Shown: positions 36,701 through 52,200 of the stretch, one piece after another
Layout: each line of letters begins with the position of its first letter
How positions within the stretch are numbered: the first letter of the stretch is position 1
Source of the DNA: Catajapyx aquilonaris
Lineage: Eukaryota
NCBI GenBank assembly: GCA_000934665.2
Contig: KZ538295.1
Location: forward strand, 186,001-250,000
DNA length: 64,000 bases
Direction: 5' to 3'
The notes under the pieces: model-generated
What the model saw: the letters and a program-made list of their open reading frames with translations, nothing else
What the model was told of the DNA's origin: nothing
Databases searched by the model: none
Program-made: the position numbers and the translations under genes

Positions 36701-39700
36701 TATCATCTAACTAATAAATAGCCAATAGTATAAACTAATAATTAGCTAATAATATCTTATATCTTAATAACCAATAATAATTAATGAATGCTGGAATACT
36801 GTATCTAACCAATAATAATGAATAACTAATAAAATCTAACTAACTATAATTAGTGCAATATGGTGACCTGTGCTTAATTGTTGCAAACCGGTATTTTCAC
36901 ACCTTGGTTTTGCATGTGCGTGTGGGACACTTGCCATTTTTTTTTGAGGGGAGCTAATTAGGGTGTAAGTGTCCTTTCGCTTTCGTGAGAAAATGCGACC
37001 ATCCAGCTCGTCATAAAGGCAGCGTCTTCATAATGGCGTGGCAAGAAGAAACACGACCGCAAAAAAAAATAATAATACGCGTAATAATCTGGGGTGAAAG
37101 TACACTTTATTGCGAGTAGTTACCTGCTTTTTTCCCACTTGTTGCATATCGAATTTGCATATCTGTACAAAGGGGGTGTTTGGAGCGAAATAAGTATGGA
37201 CATTAAGGGATGATGGAATATGCCAGAAGATTTTGTGTCCAGGTATCACTCTTTTTTAGGTTTTAATTAGACGTTTGCTGGGGTAACGTGACAGACAAAA
37301 TTAGCTTTTGACATGCTTTTTAAGCAATGTTGTTCTCACTCTTCAAGGTTGGATTTATAATGACGCTTTTTAGTCGGAATTCTGTCCAGAACTGCTAACG
37401 ACCTTCATAATGTTTCCGTCACGTGGACTCATCTCATTGTGGGCTTTTCAGAAAATTATTTTATTCCACTAGCTGCACCATACAAATGTGGTCAACACTC
37501 TGCCCTTGAGGTCTATTCATTAGTGGGTCACTTGCCATTGTCTATCCGGGTATGAAATTGAGGCTTTGTTTGGGATCAAAAAGTGAAAAAAAGTGTGCTG
37601 GGGAAAATGGCTGTTGTTTAGCTCCTAAATTATTCGTAGCCTAACATTTGTACGTGAACAATGCAATTAATAATTTGGCTTACTTAAACCTGTGATAATA
37701 CCGTCCTATTGTGTCTCTCATCCGAATTATGTCAGTCACACAGATGCTATAAGAATCGGGGCTAATTATACGCGTTAAAGGTAAACATTTCGGCATGTTC
37801 AGCATACGAATGGTCCGCACGATGTATATATTTTTTGTCTAATTTTTTTTCGCCCTCTTGCTGTCTTAATGGGCTCTTTTGGGGGGTATTAAACGTGAGA
37901 ACTGGCATCGCAGATTGCATGTTAAGATCGCTAAGCCAAAGACCATTGTTGGATATTCATATATGCGCGATCCTAAGGGGATCAAAATTCAGATATTTCA
38001 CCTTCCTAAAAGACATGTCTTTATTTTTTTCTTCTTAACGCACTTTTGGAAGCCACGTGTCAGTTTTTGCTGACCTGAAGGCCGCCCGGATGAAACCTGT
38101 AACACGATTCTTCACTTATGGCGACATTAGGCACGAATGAAGAGGAGTCGATTCGAAAGCGATTATTTTTCTTTAGATGTCCACTAGCAACACACACTCA
38201 CAAAAAAAAATAAGTGTTGTCACGAGGAAGGTTCGTAGGTCGTTTTATATCCAAGCTTGGAAACAACTGTTGACAAAACGTGCCTTCCATTCCCTATCAG
38301 GCCGGAATAGATGGTTTTACCAGAAGAGAGAGAGGGGAAAAAAAACCGGAATCGGGGTGGAGTCAAAGAACGGACATCAAAGCCTGGAAATTATGTGGCC
38401 ATCAGTGTCATTTCGAGGGTGGCTTGCTTGAGTTGTAATGACACTTTTGGGAGTTGACTTTACCACATTTTTAAAAGGGACCTCCGTTACTTCTGCATTT
38501 TGAAAATCAGGGCTCTGGAAGTCACCCATGTGTGAGGGTTCTCATGGGGGAAAGGAAATCCGGATTTCTCAGAAAAACAGGCTGCAATATACTGGCCGAA
38601 AAATATCCAGATGAATACCTAGGACATAGTTCAAGTAATGATTTCAGCTTGTCATAATATGACCTCCTATATATCCATCATATATGTGTAACATGTGCCT
38701 TTCGACACATCTGCCATCAGCGCATATTATTAACATAAGAGAGAGTACAAAAATTAGATACCTGTAATTATAGGCAGATGTTGGTTATTTAATAAAGGGC
38801 CAGGACACCCTGTAGTTGGCAACGGATTTAAAGAGTGACATGTTCGCACGTCAGTTTCATGTACCGGCAAGACATGCGTTACACGGGCGAGGAAATACTG
38901 GCACAACATCCGGCTGTTTTCTCAGCTGCAATTACTCCAGTTTTATGGTTAAAGACTGAGCCGAGACTTGCACGCAACTGAAGATTTAAAAAGAAAGATG
39001 ACAAAGATTACAAGCCCATGTCACACTGCCCTCTCTCGGAAAAAAAAAAATTGTCCGCAGCACCCATGGGAATAAAAGTATACCGGTCACTCCACCATTG
39101 TCTTTGTCGGATATTCATCCTCCTTTTGCCGAAATGGAAAGAAGAAAAAAAAAAGCTGGGAATAGCGGTCAAGTCCAGTTATTAAACCAAGGTTATCGGC
39201 TAATCTCTGAAATTTCGGAACCACCCGATGATTGTGACCAAATACTTGCAAAAGGGTCACTGACTCGGAAATAATACGGAACTTACACAAGTCAAACAAC
39301 CTATTGTTAATACACGTTTTTTTTTTCTTCTTCGCCATCACCTGTACTTCCCACCCATTTCCAAATATTCAGACTTCCTGATACGGTGCTAAAAACCTGA
39401 ATCCATTTTTTTTTTTTTTTTGAAAATAAAAAGGGCACAGTTCATTCACCCTTGTGAGCTTTATTAGCCTTTGTCAGGACCCTGAGGGCATGAAAAGATG
39501 CTGATGAAAAGAAAAAAGCTCTGCCATTGATTTAGCGAGGCCAAGGGAAAGGACTGGAACCGAAATCGTTAATGAAATTAAACCCTGCTATTCCACAGCT
39601 GTTCACGGTTTGAAACAAAAGTGGGGGTATTTCCAAGACTGAACAGTTGTGTAATCACCTGTAGCTTTTAGCTGACCCGAATAAAAAATATTGCTATTAT

Positions 39701-41580
39701 GATAATATGTACAATATGTACTTAGTAAAAAAGGGGGGCCTCCTAAGTCAATGTTGAGGTTGGGTTCCAGGCTAGTGAGCGTCAGGTGTTAAGCTTGTGA
39801 GGTGGGTTAGTAGCTGGTGGAAAAAAATAACAAAAGGATCTTTTCCTGCTGAAGACACCATTAGGAAGTGACTGGATATTGGCAAAAATTCTAGCATCGA
39901 ATTGTTGCGAAATTGCTGATTTTGCGGAAGGCATGTATTGGAGCGAAGATCCGGTCATCAGAAACGCCCTTTTCCCATTCAAGCCTCGACTTCGACCATG
40001 CATATCTAATGAAAAGAAAAAAAAGGCAGGGTCAAGTTGACCCACCTTGTGCGCACTTTTTTATATATATATAACGTTAGCTTGACCATTAGCCTCAGGG
40101 GCCTTGAGCTTCTCCCGCCCTGATTGACCTCCAAAAAGGTGCCATGAGAAGGTGCCCCAGGGGATTGCATTTTGTGCAACCTTCAACTGCCAAATGTTGC
40201 ATTACGTCTGTTGCACTCTGCATTCAGTGAGTGTATATAGCAAGCCCCCCCCCCCCCCNCCCCCCCAATTTTTTAAGTCCATGAGTGGCCATGCGTGGAT
40301 ATTTCATACCAGTTTTTTGATACCCCCAAAAATACATTTTTTGGACAGGCCATCATAAGCCTTAATCCGACTTCCGGCTGGTTTAAAAGAAGATCGTGTG
40401 AAACACCCCAGCACCAATAGGATCTTCCTCTGCACCTGTTTCCTATACATTGGGGTCCTTATCAAGTCTATCTCCAGACGCCCACTGCTTCTGGACAGGG
40501 GATAAAAAAAATTTAAAAAAGGGGGGAGAAGGCTTGGAACATCCTAAGTTGAATGTTTAAAAAAAAAAAACAGGTCTCCCCCATACTTGGAAACTTGGTG
40601 TGAACTTGTCCCAACGGTGATTTCTAGGAATGGGTTGCGCTTAGTTAAGTAAGGAAGTGTCTAATTGGTGTCGGATCATACCCAAAATTGGTATGGTCGG
40701 CCTGGAGTTGACCACAAGAATTTGTAATGAATATCTGCAAGGTTGTGTGACTTTCAGCAGAAACACTGTAAAAGAAATTAACCTATACAAGTGCACTCGA
40801 CATATGCTGCGAAAATTGCATGTGCAATTATCTCATCACAGTGTGATGAATATATATCTCAGCTCAACATGTGAATGAGCCGCCTTCTCAGGAAGGAAAC
40901 TTTTCCATGAATAATAATCAAAAGTGAGCCCGAACGTGACCGCCATTCATGAGATATTTAACTAAAAATGTGGTGCGTGACCTCTTAAAAGATATCTTTT
41001 AAAAGGGGGACATTGCATGACAGTGCTGTTGGGAGAGGTTATGTCAAAATCGGACATTCTTTTTTGTACATTTGAAGAAGAAAAAATATTGTTTTACATG
41101 TGATAAACAAGGACGAGAATTCATTGTTCTCCCGGAATAGCAGTTAATTTTCGAAATGTACAAAAGACTGTACTTTACTAGAGGTAGATAATAATTTGCG
41201 AAATGCACGGAAGGATGATGAGAATATTCGTGTCGTTGTGTTTTAACAGTCGTTTATAATAACATGCGCAAGCCGTTACGTGACCTCCACGGTACGGTAT
41301 AGTCCATCAAAAAGCCAGGCTAATAACAGATCAAGTGCAGACCAGAAATAAAAATCGAGAGAGAACATTCACGTGTTACCAGACAACAAAAGAGCAACAG
41401 ATGGTACAGGGTTCATCATCAATCACTTTTTTGGTACAAGGGGGGAATTGAATCTTTCCCTGCAGGACGTCGCAGGTGTCCTTCTTTTCCAGGTAGGTCA
41501 AGGTCGTGTTTTGTTACCTGCATGATGACGATTAAGATGAGGAGGCAGCAGGGCAGTGATGTCAAACAGTTTGTCCTCAT
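33739..41580 (-). CDS. TNF receptor superfamily type I membrane protein (two TNFR cysteine-rich repeats, TM helix, short tail ending PTTV), ~219 aa
   Basis: Exons 41580-41518 (signal peptide MRTNCLTSLPCCLLILIVIMQ), 34508-34157 (CERCPPGHGAERRC..TVCKPC..YS..CIPCSRC..C..TSDTVCDSC), 34099-34013 (Ser/Thr stalk with NQS/NAS/NFT sequons), 33952-33831 (TM VGVGIALLLGAIALAALAL), 33774-33739; phases consistent. Linking the first exon is an inference. Confidence 0.8.
36240..36860. repeat. AT-rich low-complexity/degenerate tandem repeat in the large TNFR intron
   Basis: Repeated TAATAATTAACAGCTAGTAATAGCTAACTAACAACC units and variants. Confidence 0.75.
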
Positions 41581-43057
41581 GTCAACGGTCAACGGACTCC
41601 GAGTATCTCAGGAGCTCCTCTGCCCTCACGACCATGACACATCTTCATCGGATCTGTAATATGCAAAAAAAAAAAAAAGCGACATTACCTGGTGCGTCAT
41701 GCACTCTTGACCTTCACTTGGGTCGGTAATCAACTGCACAAACACGCGTAATTGGAGGTGAATAATTCATAGTCGTAAACTGTGCGCAGTCACATATTTC
41801 TTTAACAATTACTGGGTTGCAAAATCCGCTGTTTCTAAGCCAAATCCTCTTTGTGTTGGGCTTTGGACGGATGTGTAAAAATAAAATCTGACCTCTCACC
41901 ATGCAAAAGTGATCTTATAGTGTCGCAAAGTACATCAAACATGCAGGTGCCCCCTCAGTAATCGGCTTTTCAGGCGCGATTAAATATGACCTTCCCATGC
42001 AACAACTCACGCGATATGCGATATATGGTGCAGGTGATGGCTCCAGATTTTACGCAAGCACAGTCGGGTAAACAAATATTTTTTGGTGGAAAAAATTACT
42101 ATACCAAACGTTTTATTCCAATGCGGAAATAACAGTTTAACCAACTAATATGGTGTTATGGTGACGCCCATGGCACGTGAACCTAGCAGGAAAACAATAA
42201 ATTATTTTTTAAAAAATATATAAACTGCTAAGGGTACGGTTTGATGTTAAGGAAGTTTTTTTTATTATTTTCTTTAAACGGAAATACTCGTTTATGAATC
42301 GTTCGGAAAATAATTTCCCGTGCGCACTGGCCTTGGGACAGGTGATGCTTGACTCGTGCGCACTTTGCAAAAATTTCGCAGCTAACAGATGAAGACGAAA
42401 TGGATACTGTTGCATAATAATTATGCAACAGCAAAGATTATTTTGTTTCAAATGTGGTTTTTAACTGACATACAGGTGTGCAAATTTGGACAAGTGTGAA
42501 AAATAAAGTAGGGCAGCCAACAATTGGTTACGCTTCAGAGATTAGTATCCGGTAGTTTTGAATGAAAAGCGAGAGTTTGTATATGGTTTTCAACTAACAG
42601 GAATTTCAAAAAAAAAGTGACTTACAGCCTTCTCTTTTGGTCCATTGGCAAAGGTATGCTGTAGTTGCTAGGCAGCTTGGAAATATACTGGAAGATCAGT
42701 CACCCTTAGCTAACTTGCGATTGTAAATGCTACACACGCACACTCAACGTACGTGGTAGGAAGAAAAGATCAAACAGCACAGCATCTATTGTCACAGTGT
42801 ATTGATAGATTGTTATCCAAAACTATCCCATCCCTAAAAATAGCCGTACTTAACAAACGACTCGATCACTTTGTGATGAATGATCCCTTTTGGAAAGAAG
42901 CAGAAGAAGACACAACCGCTTGATTCCCACGCTCCCAACACAAGAGAAGGACCCCCATCGAAATTGTTGCACCTCACCTGCCCTCAGGTGATCATGACGA
43001 TATTATAATTCAGAGGTCTCCCCTTTTGATGTAGATCAGCTGACGAAAAATTGTTGT

Positions 43058-43605
<548 letters not shown>

Positions 43606-46600
43606 CGTAAAGGTTGGTAGGAGGCCAGGCAGCTGCAGTGATTTTTTGGAATGGGGACTTTTTTTCGACCTTGAGATGATGATGATGATGGCATCGTAAA
43701 AAGAGCAGTTTTTGTTGTTGGACGGAACAAACTCTGAATAGGTAGCGTGAAATTTGCTCGTCCTGGTGCCCTACTCAGCTTTTTTTTTGGTATTATTCAA
43801 AAGGGTCAGTTGCGCAAAAAGGAGAGTGAGAATTCGCAAAAAAAATAAAAATTGATTGTCAGGTGGGTGGAGATCATTTGGAAGTCTCATTAGCCACGGG
43901 TAAACACTTGGAATTTTTCAGAATTACAGGTGTGTGCACTACTTGCCTTCAAGCCATATGGTTAAAAGTGATTACAGGCTGTTGAGCAATTACGCTGTAG
44001 CGAGTACAGTGTGTTCCAGTTGAGACTTCCGTTACAGATAGTTTCCAAAAAAAATTAATTATGATACATTTTAATTTGATAAATGTATGAATACATTGCT
44101 ATATTATCATATTTATTCTGAGCATCTATTACGATTTAACGATCTCATTTTTTTAAAAGCGAGCAGCTGACAGTGAATATGAGATTGTCCGGTTTTTTTG
44201 CTCAAGTTTTTATCGAATTGGGATTTTCTTTTATGGCAAAGTTTGATGCATATCTCCGGCATCATATAGCTTGAGGTCAGTTTTTGTCCAAGTTTTTGTT
44301 TCGTCGGATTTGATCAAAAAGAAAGCGTGACGGACACACTGTGTTGCGAGCATCATTATGCTTGGCATTTTGTATATCAGCTTGTATCAATACTGGAACA
44401 ATTTGCACTCACATTGCAACATGCTCTGCTTATCATTCGTGAAAGAGCGTAAGTCAGTTGATACTATTTTAATTGCCGATTGTTAGCAGATCGTTAATTA
44501 TATTATGAATGGTGGTGACTGCTCCCAAGAACCACAATTAGAAACTGTACAATCTACATTACATTTTCATGATTGTTGCTGTATATAATACCGATCTTTG
44601 TCTCTGCAGTACACCTCAGCTTTGTACTAACAATTTGTCCAGAGGTCATACTTCATGTCACCTTCTTTGTAAGTGTCAGCATCACCTCGCCATTTCTCAA
44701 GACCTGAGCCAACTCATGCATAACCAAAACTCCACCTCCCCGATTCATATTTGGAAGAGAGAGAGAAAAAAAGGCTCATTAAGTGATTTGTACTTTGGCG
44801 ACATGTGTCACACGTACTCTGAAAGCCAAATAGTTTCCGCCTGGATAGAAGGACACCGAGTCTTCATCAGTTGAGAGAGTTCAAGGGAGATGCTGGGGCT
44901 CTCAAGCAAGGACAACAACTTATCCAAATGGAGCAAAAGGAGTTGAAGCTTGTCCCGCTGAGAAGCAAACAATCTGAGTGGGAATTGTCCACGATCTATG
45001 CCGTAATGTTGTTAGGTAATGGCAGTTTATCCCCAGAAACCATCTAAAAAAAAATAGTTTGCTGAATACAATCTTTTTCAAATGAAGGTCGTAATGGCCT
45101 GTAATTATGGAGCATTGTATGACTTGTAGTTTATGTGCAGTCAATTGCCTCGTTAGTTGCGCATGTAAATGGCTGAGACATTAATTGCACGGTGGGTGCG
45201 TTGATTAACTGGAGGTTATCGCAATGGCATGTAATTATTATCTTACTGTACATGAACCTAAAATGCCATTATAAGTAAATCATGCTGAATTGTTGATCAA
45301 TAGATTGTCCCTCACTGAAGCAATCATTGCATATCTTTGTCTCTCTTTTTTTTTGATAACAGGCTGGGGTTGTGCACCTGCTATGATGAATATATTTACC
45401 TGAATAACTTTTGATGGAATTCCAGATAACGCATGAGCTTATTGTTCAGATTCAGGATGTCAGTATGGACGTGAATAACTTACCTTTGTGGGTTGAACAT
45501 ACAATTGACACACTGACTATTGAGATCATGAGGTCAGTATCACCCGCATGATTTACCGGTATGCTAATATTAAACACAGCATTTCTCGATAAGTACATGC
45601 TGTTTAGCCGGTAATAAACAACTTACCTTATGACACCTGTAGTGTTATGCCATTACACTGAGATGTTGAGAGAATAGCCAGTTGGTCTTCCTTCCTCCTC
45701 CGCAGCCCATGCCCCACTGACCCTTCCCTTCAGCTGGACTTGGCTTGCCATTTGTTGAGTGGGAAGGGCTTCAGCAGCCTATCCCAGCACAGCTGTGGGG
45801 ACAATTTTTTACCTTTTTTCTCCCCCCTCACCACCCTTACCACTCCCTTGCCATTGTGCCCTCTAGGCAGGTAGAGGGTGATCCACCAGCACCTGTTGAG
45901 GGGTTAAAATTTGTCTCAAGTTGTTCAGTCCGCACCCTCAGTAAGAATTAGATTGCACCCCGTTAAAGAATAAGCCAGGTTTAACAGTATACCTTCTGGA
46001 CTTTATTCCACATTTTTTACAGTCAGGACCTTAGACCATGTCTATAAATAGGGAAGCACATCCAACATTGTACAAGTCAACAACTGTCAAACTCTTTAAA
46101 ACGTATGAAACAATGGCACTATACTTAGGGAAAAAAATATTTGAAGCATCTATGCGCTTTTTTTTCTTAAAGAAGTCAACAAGGCCTATAAACAGCTATT
46201 ATAATAAATGTTGTGTTCATTTTGACATGCACGTTTCGATTGTCCTAATTGCACTTGGCAATATAATATTGTGAACTAGACAAACTTATATATACAACAA
46301 CTCAAACATTCACAATGTTCAAATAAGCTATGTGAAAAAGCAAATTAATGGCACGTTCACAGCAAATGATTGACATCGCTTCAGTAATTAACGATCTTGA
46401 AATGTTGATCAAGAGTAAATTGCAACAAAGGAACTTGCCAACTGAAGTGCATTTACGACATTTATGCACAACATTATCTCTGTAGAGTTGTGAAATTGTC
46501 ATACAAATATACCATCACCGTAGTGATCTGCAGTCTCAGTGTTTTGGTGTGTGTGCAAATCACTTCTTACACTTCTAGTCACATTGTGGCACGTAAGGTT

Positions 46601-49211
46601 CACGCACTAGTTTTTAACTGTTTCATCTTTTTTATATGTGATATGAAAATAGCCCAATCAAGTCATGGAATGTTTCTCACTTGGTTGTCTCTATATTTAA
46701 AAAACAAACTACTTCTACAAGTATACTCAAGGTGGTCACTTAATACCATTAAGACAAGTTAAATGATATGACCGACAAGGAAGGAGTGTAGTTGCTGTAT
46801 GTGAGTTAATTTCAATAATCTGATTTGTCGCAAATCCACAAAAAAACATGCATGATTTTGTACCATAGCACTGTAAAAATGATATGTAAGTGCATGTTAA
46901 CAGTATGGCAACAATAATTACGCTCAGTTTTGAAAACCAAAATCATCATGAAATCATATGAATACGTTTGAATCACATTGAACAAACAAGCTTTCAAGAC
47001 AGGCCTACAGAAGAAATTGTGATAATTATAATGAAGTGACCAATACCACTATGGCTATAGCAATTGCAGCAAAGCTTTTCATGACTTTATCACAAGTATT
47101 GGCACAATAGTTGGTGTGTTGTAATATGCATTCCATATGCTGTACCAATGGCAGAGTGTACAGCCAACCCAACTAATCCGTACACCTAATGAAATAGTTC
47201 TCTGAAGATAAAACCCATGCTCCAGACAAATTGCCTCAACCAAACATGAAGGTCAGGCAATGCGAATATCATTAGTCAGATTAGTTGGGTCGACAGTCGA
47301 TATCGGTTAACAATTTTCTGTGAATCGTCCAGTCAAAAGATAGGTCAAGCTTTAGTTCATGCATAGGTGACAATCTGCGAAAGCAGATGCTCAGGGAGTG
47401 CAAGCAACTGTAGGGCAATTAGTACAAAAATACCACCTATTTTATATACTATTGTTCACTGATGACAGTGTGTTGTGAGAACTGACGAGAATGACAGTAT
47501 AACTTTCCCCCACCACCAAGCAGTTGCATGCATAATTCCCAGATGGTGTGCTTCGGAAAGAGGTTGTTAATGATCATGCTACACTGCATGAGATGATGAA
47601 GACCTTAACATGCACATACGTATGATTACGCAGACCCATCATTTTTCAACACTGATCTATTTCCATTTGGTGCCAATTAATACTGCAAATTACAAGTCGG
47701 ACTCAAAGTCTCACAGTATTTTAAATTTTAATGATAGAATTCATTTATGAATCTACCAAAATAACCTCATCACTTTAATGATCTAAAAAAGTACGTTTGA
47801 GCAGTGCAATCACGTCAACCATAAACAGAAAGAGTACAGCATCACTAACACTTGTGCAATAAAAATAAAATGCATGTAAGGCCTATCCGTTGTTGCCAAA
47901 GGTGTGGCAAGTACATCAGCAACATGTCATGGAACAAAATGCCATTTTGTGATGTGAAGAGTGGGCATGTGTCGCCATCTCTAAATTACCATTGAGCCTT
48001 TTTACTGACTAGAGGACCATTGGCCTTTCCACGGATTGCCACATGATAAGTAACATCATTTAATCTAATCACATCAATTTTACAAATCTTGCACCAATGA
48101 CTGCGTGACATTGGGGGTCAATAGTTGTTTCAATAACATGAACGAGGCAGTGAGAAATTAATGGCTCAATTAACTCACATTTGTGAAGCATTGAAAATAC
48201 AGCCTTCCCTCCCATGAAAAATAAGTCTGTGAATATGGCAGCACCTGAAGTGTTTTTCATGATTAACGTCAAGAGTTACACAACCAACTAGAATGGCAAT
48301 CTAAATGATCACCAAATAATTGTACATAGTGTTGGCACAGTCAAAAATCCATGGAGAGGTTTCAAGCCAATGAACCTTTTGTGAGCTTGCACAAAACAAT
48401 ATTAAGTAGATTTTTTTATGTGAAAAATTGCACATCAATTCAGACACGATCTTACATTGCTCATTTTAAAAACAGCATGGTCACTTTACAATCTAATAAA
48501 AAATAGCTCAATTTATATAATTTACAAAGTGTAAAAATAAGTATGCAGATGAATTAGCACATGAATCCCTGCATAAAGTTGTGTGTCCACAGTATTTTGG
48601 CACTTTCCTGTTTATAACAGTATATTGAAAGCAATTTTAACAATTTCCCCGCATTAACAAGTTGTGTTCGTAGCACAAATGTAATTTTTTTTTTTGAAAT
48701 AACGCTACTGAACTATACTACACAGTCTAAAGATCTCACTTAAAAATGGCCTCGAAATCCTATGGACTTGGTCACTATGTGAACATGCAGAGATTCTAGC
48801 TGTCAGCGCATAAAAAACGTTGCATTTCTCTCCATCTATCCAAAATGCTGCAAGTGTTTAATACTGCCTGCAAAATATTGATTCAGGTACCAATGCATAT
48901 ATTTTTTAAAAATCGTCATAGGCTTCCTAAATTCGTTATGTCCCATTTGTATATTATTATCACAGGTGAAGTTGCCTTTCCATATACACAATTCTCTTCT
49001 TTAACAATTCTCTTTACAACGACCCTGTATTTTCCATTCATCACAGCACCACTCACTCTCGGAGCTAAAGGCAACCATCTCCCTGAAGTAATTTTTTTTT
49101 TCCCAGCACTCCTTTTTTTTTCATATCGTAATGTTTCATCACTTACACTCTTGCTCATGAAAAATAAATTACTGGCAGATAAATTTGAAGGGACGAGAGA
49201 GCATTTTTCCA

Positions 49212-52200
49212 TTAGTCGACCTCCACTCCCCAGAGATGTCTGACCTTCCCGTACTGAATATCCTGCATGCACTCTAGTAGTCTGCCGTACAAGGGGTCCT
49301 TCTGTTCCATGGTGGGAATGGGTATGGTCCTTCCTTCATAAAAAATTCCTGACACAGGACACACTATGCAGGCTGTCCCACAACCAAACACTTCTAGTAA
49401 CTGGAAAAGAAAAGTACAAACAATTAGTACACACATTCGGTTCATTACACTCATTCATTCCGACACGAACATTGACAATAATGCGCAATCAATTTTCTCC
49501 GCACAGGTCTTACTCTGTTTTCATTGAGGGCTTCCAGCAACTCTCCCATGGTGATGGTTCTCTCCGACACTTTGAACTCGTTCCATTCGACTGCAAGATC
49601 AAGGACGCTTCTTCTTGTCACTCCGGGAAGGATCAACCCATTCAGAGGTGGCGTCACCAGCTCTTTTTCTGCATGAATTACAGGTAGGTACTGTTATTTA
49701 CTGCCATTAATACATTGCCACAATAGATTAGCTCACCTCCATTCTTGTTGAGGAGGAAAACACACACGTTCATAGTTCCCACCTCAGTCAGCTGGTGGTC
49801 ATCACCAAACAACCAAAGTACCTGTTGGCAGCCATGAGCTTCGGCAGTTTTCTGAGGAGGTAAAGACGTTCTTACTTTACGAGATCAGGTATATCTTAGG
49901 CTGTGACCATTAGCCAATCATTGTAACAATATTATGGTCAAAATAACATTCATTATATCTTCATGCTAAACCTAGTAAATATCAGTACTAAACAAAATTA
50001 ACAAATATAAGAAAAAATATAACACTTTCCACAAAAAAAACCAACCAATCTCGTAGTCACAAGCACAGTACTGTCCTGCCTTACGTATTATTTTATGCAA
50101 AGATGTACGTTTCGGATTCAAAACACTTGCTGCTAAATTATGTGGGCTTGACATTTGAAATCCATCACGTGATTGTCACAAAACCAAGGAACTGATGATA
50201 ATTCCATATCTCTGAGTTAGATTACGGCATTTGGTTGGGCTTGAGGCAATCAGAGTGATTGACAAGTGGGGCTTGTTGTTCATTACTGGAACCACTAATG
50301 ACGTGAGAGGCACGAAAAGATCACAGCGTGGAAATACTACAGACATCTGCTTATCTTACAGGACTATAATTCAGCAGTTGCCGAGCCCTTCTTCAATTTT
50401 AAAGACTGACAGACATGCCTTAGCCTATAAGACGCAACACAAATTTTGGCTGCTACAGATAGGGTTCGGTGTAATTTTAAAAATCCCTACAATCTTTCCC
50501 ATGACGTACCCTGCAGATTAGATGCTAAGTTGTTGACCTGCTATGATAAAACTAAAACCCCTTCTTTTCAACAACCTGTATATCTCATCCTTGAAAGATA
50601 TAGGGGTGTAATAGTGATGGATTAGATAACAGTTATTGCACTTGGAAACTGAAGGCTGCGTTATGATTGTTCAGTTACTATCGGTACACCTGGCTTTACT
50701 GCAGGGCATAACTTTTATGCGACTCTGTAAGAACTGGACTAGAAAATGTGATGGTTACACACATGAATATGTAGTTGCAGCCATATTTCCTCTATTCAGA
50801 ACTTTCACCATTAGTAAACAAAATAAACGTGTGACTATATGCATATCTGTTTTACAAAGTTTCAAGTTATATTACATAGTACTGTTGAACTATAATTTTA
50901 ATAGTATTAACTTTAAATTTATTCCAGACACTTGTATGCAATGAAGCTAACCTGTATGGAAATGGTTGGCCCGTAATTGGATCCCATCTTCTTGTCTCCG
51001 CAGCCTCCTGGCCATGCCCGGACATACTGTGGGTCGGCCAACAGAGACACAGGCTTGAATCCGGATGGGAAGTACGGGCCCACAGGACACAGGAGAATAA
51101 ACAGCAATGCAGAGTTGGACCGGCCAACCCCGAGTGATGGCTGGAAAAGGAAAAATACGAATTAATATGCAGGTAACAGGGCCAAAATGATTCAAAGATG
51201 GTCAATGAAGATGGTAACCCTTAGTACAGTAGACTTTGGATATATCAAGACTTCAAGGGACCGCGGAAATAAGCCTGTTGTAACTGAGGTCTGTCGTATC
51301 CGGAGTCCACTGTATTACTATTGTAGATTTCATGATCCTTTCTCACCTCCGTCCCGATGAAAGTTGGTCGAATGTACAGACTGGAGGAGAGGGAATGCGG
51401 CACCCACTCCTGTTCAATCTTCACAAAATGCTTGAGGCACTGAAGGAACTCTCCCGGATCAAACAATGGAAGCGTCGCTCTATCCGCTGTGGAGAGAAGC
51501 CGCTCTATATTCTTGTCTGGACGGTATATGCGAATCTTCCCGTCTACACCACGGAAGGCTTTCAGACCTTCAAACAGCTGCGGAAAAGAATTAGTTATTA
51601 CTCTGTATACACCGCAGTTCCTGTTCCTGCCTAATCTTGACCTTCAAGCATCAAACTGACATTTGTTAATATTTTTTTTGTGTACTACATGCAGCTACAA
51701 ATTTTTGTACATTTAGATATCATGCATTACATTAAGCAGGGAATTAATCGACCGCATAAGGCAATTAATTACAGCACATTTTCACCTCTATGGCATAGTG
51801 GAAGACTTTAGATGCGGGATGAAGCTTCAGGTCCTGCAGCGGCATGATCTGCGGCTTTCCCCATCCCTGGTCCTGATGCCACTCCACCTGGAACATGTGG
51901 TCCGTGAAGATCCTCCCAAAAGTGAGCTGCGATACATCCGGCTTCTGCTTGAGCTGGTCCGGAGTGGCCAACGTCACCTCCATGTCAGAGAACTGAGGGG
52001 GGGGGGGAAACCAGTAAGTTTTGCATTCACAAATCTTAGTCGCAAGATCAGGTCATTATCTGACTTTGCATTTCAATTTTACATTTTATTTCATTCACAA
52101 TTACATACTTGGAATGTCCCTTCTTGGCCCGTAGACATGCAACGAAGGCATGAAGACGCATGATTTTTCACCACCTGTAATATTAAAGAAAAAAAGTAGT

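Noticed and set aside
45715..45775. Imperfect hairpin as a possible miRNA or snoRNA
   Set aside because: Short bulged stem, no recognisable family or box motifs
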